Under the pieces are notes generated by a model, which worked only from the letters and a program-made list of their open reading frames with translations, was not told the origin of the DNA and made no database searches. The position numbers and the translations under genes were made by a program. A stretch of 52,854 bases of DNA from a virus (lineage: Duplodnaviria > Caudoviricetes): positions 1 to 52,854 of the IMG/VR virus record IMGVR_UViG_3300030333_002333. The stretch is one strand, 5' to 3'. This document shows, piece after piece, positions 45,729 through 52,854 of this stretch (position 1 is its first letter; every line of letters starts with the position of its first letter).

Positions 45729-45975
45729 ACAAGTAGCAGAAATAAAACATTTCAATGTAGGTATAGTGGCAACACCAGACTCTAAGGATATACCATCTGA
45801 GGCTGCAGATTATTCTTTAAATGTAGAAACAATTGCAAGTGATGGTAAAGTTCTAGGTAGGAAGGGTGACTTATATCTATCAGCAGTAGGTGGCTTTGGT
45901 GCTAGTGCTAAGGGAGTAAGCGATGTATCACTTGGTACCCATATAGTTCCTAGTGGTGGAGGTATAGTGGATTAA
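45721..45975 (+). CDS. Small protein resembling the N-terminus of a tail nozzle/stabilisation protein
   Basis: MPKQ...I.HFNVGI...D.KDIP..A....NV....G.V..RKG pattern; TAATG-coupled to the 1308-aa gene. Confidence 0.5.
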   Translation: MPKQVAEIKHFNVGIVATPDSKDIPSEAADYSLNVETIASDGKVLGRKGDLYLSAVGGFGASAKGVSDVSLGTHIVPSGGGIVD

Positions 45976-48900
45976 TGGCTCAGATTTATCAGGAAAACAT
46001 AACTGTAGGTGGTACTTATACTGGTACTATAAAGACTGATTACTTGGTAAAAGTATTCCCAACGGGGGTAACTAATACTACAAAGTTTCAAGTTATAACT
46101 ACTAATTGGGATAGGAATATAAACTTACAATTCCAAGGAACTAGTACAGCAGTTAAGGTTAGGTCTGATAATGGAGATGGTACTTACTCTGACCATGCAA
46201 CAGGTATACCAATATGGGTTGGTGACTATCTATATGAAACAACTGGTCAAACAGATATATCAAGTGCAGGTAATGGATACATTGGAAAGGTTGCTAGTAT
46301 AACTACTGGTACTGAAGGTGTTAGTGTTAAGGCTTTTGCACTAGATGCTACTACTTACCTAGATAATATAAGTGGAAGTACTAAAGTAGATTCTGTTGTT
46401 AAGTATCTATGTCGTCCCTATAATGATAATGTATTTCAATTATGTAATGACCATCAAGGCTCTGGTAATACATATACACACACAAGATTGAATGGACTTA
46501 ATTTTTATTGGAATACTAACTTTAATAGTCTACCTGCTCCAGCTAGTTCAGAATCTTATTTGAAGTTTATGTTCACAGGATACCCACAAAAAGTATTCCA
46601 TTCTGATAAGACAATAACTTTAGAAAAGGAAGGAAAAACTCATATACTTGGATGGGATAAGTCTGTAGAGCAATTCTCATTTCTTGAGGATGTATACGAT
46701 GAAAATCCAAATATGGGTACAGTACCTACAGAACAAACATATTTAGCTACTCCAGCAGTTGATAAGGAACCAACCTTTGTAACAAGAGGTGATGATACAT
46801 ATATTGGACTAGGACCAAATAGACCACCTATGTATGTAGGGTATCCAAATATTAGACAGTTTGGTAAAAATAGAGGAACAGAATTAACAGTAACTGATGG
46901 AGCAATGAAGTTAGATACATCAGTATTACCTCAATTAGAACAGTTTGTATTGCCCACTGCTAGTGCAGCAGATGCTGGCTCATCTGATGTTGACCTAACT
47001 GCAGGTGCTCAGCTAGTAGTAGGATATGTTAAAGGAAGTTCTTACTTGTTAAAAGCAAGGAGAGATAAAGGAATAGAATCTAGTTTCTATGTGGGTGGTA
47101 AGATACTTGCTATTTATTTAGACCACCTAGTAAGTAATGAAGTTTGGGTTCTATATGATGCTACATCTTATTATGGAGTTAAATGTGTAGCTATTAATGC
47201 TAGTGGAACTGCTATGGACTTGCATGAGAATAGAGTTTACTCACTACAAGGTGCTGATGATAACCAGAAATGGCTGAGTCCTTTTGTAAAAGATGAGGTT
47301 GTACCAAGTGATATAATCCTATTAGATAATATACTTTATGTATCTGCAACTGACGCTGATTATGATAATAAGGACAAAAATGTAAGAGATAAATGCTTTG
47401 GTGAGGGTGCTAATAGAATGGCTTTTGTTTGGAGGAGTGCATCAGTTGCATCTGCAATTAGTCCAATCCCTCCTAATGGATATACAACATTAGCCATGAC
47501 TAATATGACCCCTACTATGACAACATCAAGCCTGAGTGATAACGAGGAAGTCACTCCTTATTGGTATACATGGTTAGAAGAAGAATGGTGGGATGAAGAC
47601 CCTGATGGACAAGGTGGTAATGGTGGATTAGCTATAATGAACGCAGGATTCGAAGGTAATGGTGGTACTTTAAAACTAAAGCAACTACCAGCAAAACGAG
47701 GACTGTGTATATGGGCTAATAAAGCAGGTGATGAAGCAATAGGTCTATTAATAAATTATGTTGTAAACTCATTTGATGATTGGTCTGACCCAGTTATGGA
47801 TTATGATTCAAGTTCTGATGGTGACCAATACTTAGGTAGTTCTTCTATATGGAAAAGAGTCGGACCATTAGTGTATCAAGAGGGTAAGCACACAGCTTTA
47901 GGTTCTCATATTATTGTTTGGAGAGATAGTGCTAACCACACTGCAGGTAATACAACATCATCAACTACTGGTGTTAAAAGAATTATGATAAACAACAGTG
48001 AGAGAGATAAGACAACTGAAAGAAAGATTATGCAACAGCCAGTAAACTCTGGTTCTAATGCCGATGATGAAGCAAGTATAACCTTTATTGGAGATGGTTC
48101 CAATTGGGAAGAGGTTAATGCTATAAATGCAGTTGCTCCATTGAATACAAATAGCACTATGCCACAAGGATTAAGTGTCACATATGATAAGAATATTATG
48201 TTCTTTGATATAGGTGCAATAGGTGATGCTTGGTTAGCATCAACCAATAAAGATGGTAGAGCATTCCTAAATCAAAGTCTTGATGATGTTAAGATATTTA
48301 CACCTGCTGAAAGTAAACCGGGTCCCATTATTCCAGCATCACAAAGTTGGAACTATGCTTCAAGTTCTTTTGAATGGTTAGCAGTTACTTTTCCAGATTC
48401 ATTTGCCTTAAGATATACTGACCCTGATGGTTTAGAATCTGCATCATGGATAGAATGGGCTCTACTTTCTACTGTCAAGATAACAGTAGGAGATACTGGT
48501 GTTAGTGACCTTGACCAAAACAATGTACATCCGGGAGCAGATTTAAATACTAGTAATGACCCACCAGATTATGATGAGGATAGCGATTACTATAAGAATT
48601 TTTATAGAATATCTCTAATGCTTGATGGATATCAGGAAACTGTTTTAGGTGAAACTATATATACAAACTCAGGTAATAATCCAAATAAGAATGGACATAA
48701 GATTACTATAGAAGTATTAGCAGATAAACTAGGACCAAGGATGTCTCATATTAATGTATACAGAGGTAAGGCTTGGGACGCTTCTGCTACAGAGCCAGAT
48801 TTAGATTATCAATTAGTAGAAAGAGTTTCATTAGATGGTGCAAATTGGAGAAGCTCTAGTAATGGTTATCTAAAGTATGAGATAATAGATAACCAAGGTA

Positions 48901-49901
48901 AGAGTTTTGGAACTTATGAGGCTAATACTGGGTTGTCTCCTGTTATGACTAACAATTACCTATCTTATGGAGAGTCAGAGCAATGTGCTGGATACTTGTT
49001 CGTTTGTGACGCAAATAATCCAGAGATTGCTAATGTTGGTAATTATATATTTAGAAGTAAGGCAGGTAAGTTTAGTATTTTTAATTGGGCTAATGAATAT
49101 GTAGCCTTACCAGAGAAACCTACTGCGTTAAAGTCTTATAACAATGTGTTATTTGCTTTTAGTTCTTCAAAGGTTTATACAATCAATCCAAACAATTTAT
49201 CTATCATAGATAGTACAGATGGTATGGGTTGTTTACATGCTGATAGTGTTATTGCTACTGACTTTGGCATGTTTTTTGCAGATAAGCATGGTGTTTATCA
49301 GCATGATGGTAGAAAGGCTAAGGTTATTAGTGGACCTATCTGGACTACAGATAATAGTAGCTTAAATAATTATACATGGGATAGTATAAGCACATCTCTT
49401 GAAACTACTCCACCGAAACTAGCGTTTGACGGTCAAAGAAAGGCTTTGATTGTAGTATTTGAAGTGAGTAGTAACAGTTATGCTTGGGTTTACAGTGTGG
49501 GAACTGGTAGATGGGACCTATGGAGTTTCTCTAATAGGATAAAATCATTGACTCAGGGTAAGTATGGAGATATATTAGCATCAGACGGAAAACTAGCACA
49601 AATAGGAACAAGTTCTACTAGAAAGCCTTGGGAGTTTGTTTCTAAGAAAATAACTGCTGGACTTGATACTTATGATAAGTCCTTTACAGAGGTGCATGTA
49701 GAGGGAAGTAATGGTTTAGCAACAACTTATAAAACTTCTGGCGTAGGAACTTATCAGTCATTAACTTCTAACCGTCTTGCTTCAGCCTATAAAAAGGCTA
49801 AGTGGCTTCAATTGAGGGTCGTAGATGATGCAGGTACTAGGGAGTTAGAATCTATAGGTGTTCATTTGCGACCATTAAAAGCAAGGAGTACAAAGATTTG
49901 A
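45975..49901 (+). CDS. Tail nozzle / DNA-stabilisation (P22 gp10-like beta-propeller) protein
   Basis: 1308 aa, beta-rich; C-terminal GCLHADSV...GMFFADKHGVY..DG...IS.PI and KWLQLRV motifs. Confidence 0.7.
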   Translation: MAQIYQENITVGGTYTGTIKTDYLVKVFPTGVTNTTKFQVITTNWDRNINLQFQGTSTAVKVRSDNGDGTYSDHATGIPIWVGDYLYETTGQTDISSAGNGYIGKVASITTGTEGVSVKAFALDATTYLDNISGSTKVDSVVKYLCRPYNDNVFQLCNDHQGSGNTYTHTRLNGLNFYWNTNFNSLPAPASSESYLKFMFTGYPQKVFHSDKTITLEKEGKTHILGWDKSVEQFSFLEDVYDENPNMGTVPTEQTYLATPAVDKEPTFVTRGDDTYIGLGPNRPPMYVGYPNIRQFGKNRGTELTVTDGAMKLDTSVLPQLEQFVLPTASAADAGSSDVDLTAGAQLVVGYVKGSSYLLKARRDKGIESSFYVGGKILAIYLDHLVSNEVWVLYDATSYYGVKCVAINASGTAMDLHENRVYSLQGADDNQKWLSPFVKDEVVPSDIILLDNILYVSATDADYDNKDKNVRDKCFGEGANRMAFVWRSASVASAISPIPPNGYTTLAMTNMTPTMTTSSLSDNEEVTPYWYTWLEEEWWDEDPDGQGGNGGLAIMNAGFEGNGGTLKLKQLPAKRGLCIWANKAGDEAIGLLINYVVNSFDDWSDPVMDYDSSSDGDQYLGSSSIWKRVGPLVYQEGKHTALGSHIIVWRDSANHTAGNTTSSTTGVKRIMINNSERDKTTERKIMQQPVNSGSNADDEASITFIGDGSNWEEVNAINAVAPLNTNSTMPQGLSVTYDKNIMFFDIGAIGDAWLASTNKDGRAFLNQSLDDVKIFTPAESKPGPIIPASQSWNYASSSFEWLAVTFPDSFALRYTDPDGLESASWIEWALLSTVKITVGDTGVSDLDQNNVHPGADLNTSNDPPDYDEDSDYYKNFYRISLMLDGYQETVLGETIYTNSGNNPNKNGHKITIEVLADKLGPRMSHINVYRGKAWDASATEPDLDYQLVERVSLDGANWRSSSNGYLKYEIIDNQGKSFGTYEANTGLSPVMTNNYLSYGESEQCAGYLFVCDANNPEIANVGNYIFRSKAGKFSIFNWANEYVALPEKPTALKSYNNVLFAFSSSKVYTINPNNLSIIDSTDGMGCLHADSVIATDFGMFFADKHGVYQHDGRKAKVISGPIWTTDNSSLNNYTWDSISTSLETTPPKLAFDGQRKALIVVFEVSSNSYAWVYSVGTGRWDLWSFSNRIKSLTQGKYGDILASDGKLAQIGTSSTRKPWEFVSKKITAGLDTYDKSFTEVHVEGSNGLATTYKTSGVGTYQSLTSNRLASAYKKAKWLQLRVVDDAGTRELESIGVHLRPLKARSTKI

Positions 49902-50131
49902 GTAGATTAGAAGACCCTCTTTTAGTACAAGAACTAAGAGAATTATCTAATAGAATTGATGTCCTTGAGCAATCATTAAAAGGGACAAGAGAATCTGCCT
50001 CTGCTAAGAATGCTGATAAGCAAAAGAATAGTTATAGGGTTGTAAAAGAAGATGGCAATCATTATGTCGAGTTTAAATCAAAGGATGGTTGGGTTCGCTC
50101 AGGTGGCTCAACATTTACACTGAGGAAATAA
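49898..50131 (+). CDS. Small virion protein
   Basis: 77 aa, TTG start with AAGGAG SD. Confidence 0.6.
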   Translation: MSRLEDPLLVQELRELSNRIDVLEQSLKGTRESASAKNADKQKNSYRVVKEDGNHYVEFKSKDGWVRSGGSTFTLRK

Positions 50132-50134
50132 GGT

Positions 50135-50722
50135 ATGCTTAAAAAACTCTGGAGAGGACTCACAGGTCAATTAGACCAAGGTGCAATTGAAAGACAATTA
50201 AATGCTGGTATGAGCCAGTATACGAATCCAATGACGCTTAATGCTCAAACCTTAGCAGGTAAGGGTAATGAGTTAATGGATTTCTCTGGTGCTACTAATG
50301 TTGCATCAAGAGAATTACTACAAGACGCTGCTGCTGATGCTACTGCTACAGGTGGTCTACAGGCAGCTCAAATGGCTGCTCAACAAGGTATGGGTGGCTC
50401 AGGATTATTACAACAAGCACAAGCCAATAACGCTTTTACTAATATGATGAAGGCTAATAGATTTGGACTGCAAGACACAATGAAAAATTTTAGACTAGGT
50501 GGTGATTATTTAAATCAATCATCAAATATATTTCAGAACCTAGGAAGTATGCAAGGAGATATTAACGAAACATTAGCTATGACTAATATGCATAATCAGA
50601 ATGCTCAGAATAAATTCATCCAAGGGGCAGCAGGTACATTGATTGGTGCCTTACCCGGAGGTGGTGGTGGAGTTGAAGGTGTATTATCTAGTCTATTAGC
50701 TGCTAAAACAGGTACACCATAG
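50135..50722 (+). CDS. Putative DNA ejection / internal virion protein
   Basis: Q/A/N/G-rich helical protein with hydrophobic Gly-rich C-terminus, after the nozzle gene. Confidence 0.6.
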   Translation: MLKKLWRGLTGQLDQGAIERQLNAGMSQYTNPMTLNAQTLAGKGNELMDFSGATNVASRELLQDAAADATATGGLQAAQMAAQQGMGGSGLLQQAQANNAFTNMMKANRFGLQDTMKNFRLGGDYLNQSSNIFQNLGSMQGDINETLAMTNMHNQNAQNKFIQGAAGTLIGALPGGGGGVEGVLSSLLAAKTGTP

Positions 50723-50732
50723 GGGGCTAATT

Positions 50733-52085
50733 ATGGCAATTAATCCAGCAAGTGTTGTAGGTGGGGGTGGAAGCCCTCTCTGGGAACAGATAAATACTGC
50801 ACAACAAAACTTCAGAAAAATGAAGCAGATGCAGAGAACTCAGAACATGTTACTGAGGCTTGATAAAACAGGGAATATGGGAAAAACATCAGATGATTAT
50901 GCTTATGATGATGATGGTAAAATACAATTAGGCAATAAACCATTAAGCGTTAAAGACCATTATAGAAAATTAACTCAAACTCCTAAAGACCTAGAGGCTG
51001 CTTTTGGTAGCCATGCTTCTCCTGATATGGTTCAAGATTTTATTAAAGGCAAAACTCAAGAAAGAGATAACGAAATAATTCAGTCTATTCGTCAAAGAGC
51101 AGAGCTTATGGGAGTAGACCTAACAAAGAAAGGTAATATATATAAAGTAGTACCAAAGAAAGGTGAAGCAGGTTCAGAAGAATTTAGACAGTGGTATGAT
51201 GTTGCTGATACAAAAACTAAACAACAATTAAGAGATGCAGGTTATCACCCAGAGCTAGAAGAAAAAAGGTGGATGTCATATGGAATGGAAAAAAGACTAG
51301 CACAGGGTAAGCCAATTGTTCCCGGAGGATGGGCAGGGCTTGGATTATATGGTCCTGCAGTAGGTGGGGGTATAGCTATGGCATACCAAGGAGGTAAGAA
51401 GGCACAAGACTGGCTTCAGAATGTAGAAAGCCAAGGTGCAAAACAAGCAATGAGAGACAGGGTTAGAAGCACCGTTCAGCCCAAGCTAGATAAGATACAA
51501 GGTAAAAATATTAAGATAGTTAATAAGTCTATTAAGAAGATGGAAGCTTCCCTTAAACAAGAACAGAATAACCTTAAGAAACTAAAGAAGCAGAAAGGGA
51601 CAACAACAATAACTTCTGACATAATTAAGAAGACTGAAAAACAAATAAAAAAACAACAAAAGGCTATCAATAGAAGAAAGGCTGAAGTTAGTAAGATGAG
51701 GGCAAATGCTACTTATAAACCAGAAGGTAAGGACCTAAAAGGTTTAAAGTGGATGGACCCAAAGAAAAAGAAAAGTCTTTTAAGTCAAGCAAGGGCTCAA
51801 ACAGAAGCCGAATTTAAAGGAAAAACATCAAGTAAGGCATGGAGACTTGGTAAAACAACCGCTAGATGGGGTGCACAAGCTCCTATGATTGGTAATTTAT
51901 TTGGTGATGTTGCAAGAGCTTTAGATGCTGGTGAAAATGTAGAGAGTGTAGTAGAAAGTGCAGGTTCTCTAGGAGGTCCAGCACTTTTACAGGCTTTAGC
52001 TAATAAATTTCCAAATAAAAGAGTCCAAGTAGCTGCCAATGTCGCATTAGGAGCTTATTCCTTATTAGACTATTTAACTGACTAG
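50733..52085 (+). CDS. Putative ejection / internal virion protein
   Basis: 450 aa, Lys-rich coiled-coil, Gly-rich hydrophobic patches; precedes the giant gene. Confidence 0.6.
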   Translation: MAINPASVVGGGGSPLWEQINTAQQNFRKMKQMQRTQNMLLRLDKTGNMGKTSDDYAYDDDGKIQLGNKPLSVKDHYRKLTQTPKDLEAAFGSHASPDMVQDFIKGKTQERDNEIIQSIRQRAELMGVDLTKKGNIYKVVPKKGEAGSEEFRQWYDVADTKTKQQLRDAGYHPELEEKRWMSYGMEKRLAQGKPIVPGGWAGLGLYGPAVGGGIAMAYQGGKKAQDWLQNVESQGAKQAMRDRVRSTVQPKLDKIQGKNIKIVNKSIKKMEASLKQEQNNLKKLKKQKGTTTITSDIIKKTEKQIKKQQKAINRRKAEVSKMRANATYKPEGKDLKGLKWMDPKKKKSLLSQARAQTEAEFKGKTSSKAWRLGKTTARWGAQAPMIGNLFGDVARALDAGENVESVVESAGSLGGPALLQALANKFPNKRVQVAANVALGAYSLLDYLTD

Positions 52086-52094
52086 AGGATATTA

Positions 52095-52854
52095 ATGTCA
52101 GTCAGATTCGGATTTGAACCGACATTAGATGAGCAAACAACAAATGCTCTGATACAGCAGTACTCTCAAAACCCTAATCAATTTGATTATGAGCAGTCTG
52201 AGTTATTAAGAGAACATGCTCAGCACTATAAAATAGATTCCCCCGATATAAAAGCTGCCGAAACAAGCTTCGGTAGTATGTTATCTCAAGCAGGTAAGGG
52301 TTGGGTAGCAGGATTTACTACTCTAAATATAGACCATGGTGATGCTCAGGCTCAGCCTGATACATCTTGGGAAAGAATAGCCAGAAGTCTTGGTCACCTT
52401 GCTGGATTCGTAGGTTATATACCCGGTGCTAGAGTACTAACTAAAGTAGGAAGAGCCGCACATTTAGGTAATACATTACTAAAGCTAAGAGGTCACTCTA
52501 TTCCATTAATGGCAGGACATGCTGTAACTAAAGGTATAAAGAACACAGCAACTAAACTAGCCAAGGATAAGATAAATAAAAAAGGTGAAGCAGTAAATGC
52601 CGTTACTCAGTTTATGAGTACTAGAACTGGGGACATGGTAGAAGGTGCTGTTAATCTTGGTGTAGCATCAGGTGTATCTGCTTGGCAAGAGGGATTAAGT
52701 GTTGTAGCAGACTCAATGTTTGGAGGTGCTGTAGCAGGTGCAGGCTTCAGGGCTATTGGTAATATGATTAGAGTACCCGGTGCAAAACCAGTTCTTCCCG
52801 GAACTCCTTTAAAAGAATTAACTAAAGCCCAGATTAATGAAAAAGCATTAAAAG
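52095..52854 (+). CDS. N-terminal part of the giant RNAP-containing protein (continues into 29..9325 through the terminal repeat)
   Basis: GAGG SD, ATG at 52095 (MSVRFGFEPTLDEQ...), open and in frame to MSTRTG at 52614; adds 173 aa. Confidence 0.88.
   Translation, partial: MSVRFGFEPTLDEQTTNALIQQYSQNPNQFDYEQSELLREHAQHYKIDSPDIKAAETSFGSMLSQAGKGWVAGFTTLNIDHGDAQAQPDTSWERIARSLGHLAGFVGYIPGARVLTKVGRAAHLGNTLLKLRGHSIPLMAGHAVTKGIKNTATKLAKDKINKKGEAVNAVTQFMSTRTGDMVEGAVNLGVASGVSAWQEGLSVVADSMFGGAVAGAGFRAIGNMIRVPGAKPVLPGTPLKELTKAQINEKALK
52586..52854. repeat. Terminal direct repeat, right copy
   Basis: Matches 1-269 with two substitutions. Confidence 0.95.

Noticed and set aside
1-52854. Alternative genetic code, tRNA genes, integrase or diversity-generating retroelement
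   Set aside because: Standard code gives dense full-length genes; no cloverleaf/T-loop, recombinase or reverse-transcriptase motifs noticed by eye

Overview
The window looks like one complete, circularly assembled genome (about 52,585 bp unique) of an AT-rich tailed dsDNA phage, probably podovirus-like. Bases 1-269 repeat at 52586-52854 with two synonymous differences. There are two divergent arms. The minus arm (about 25750 to 11480) carries small early genes, then a four-gene ubiquitin-like conjugation cassette (Ubl, large E2-domain protein, JAB/MPN peptidase, ThiF/E1). That cassette runs directly into a replication/recombination block: Sak4-like ATPase, SSB, AEP primase-SF4 helicase, Gp157, PD-(D/E)xK and HNH nucleases. 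The plus arm (about 26450 to the end, wrapping to 11343) carries a GH108 endolysin, terminase, portal, scaffold, major capsid, adaptors, fibres (one collagen-like), a 2OG-Fe(II) oxygenase, holin-like proteins, a metallophosphoesterase, a nozzle and ejection proteins. It ends in a ~3271-aa protein with a double-psi-beta-barrel RNA polymerase signature (RTP...GGADLDGD) and an inserted SLOG/cpYpsA domain, i.e. a likely virion-packaged RNAP. Between the arms is a ~580-nt element of nested 9-14 bp stems whose G-U wobbles favour a plus-strand structured ncRNA. I saw no integrase, DNA polymerase, tRNA or CRISPR array. Top leads: (1) the phage-encoded Ubl-E2-JAB-E1 system, (2) the large structured RNA, (3) the giant RNAP with its SLOG insertion. 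All family calls come from motif reading by eye; no searches were run, so novelty is unverified.
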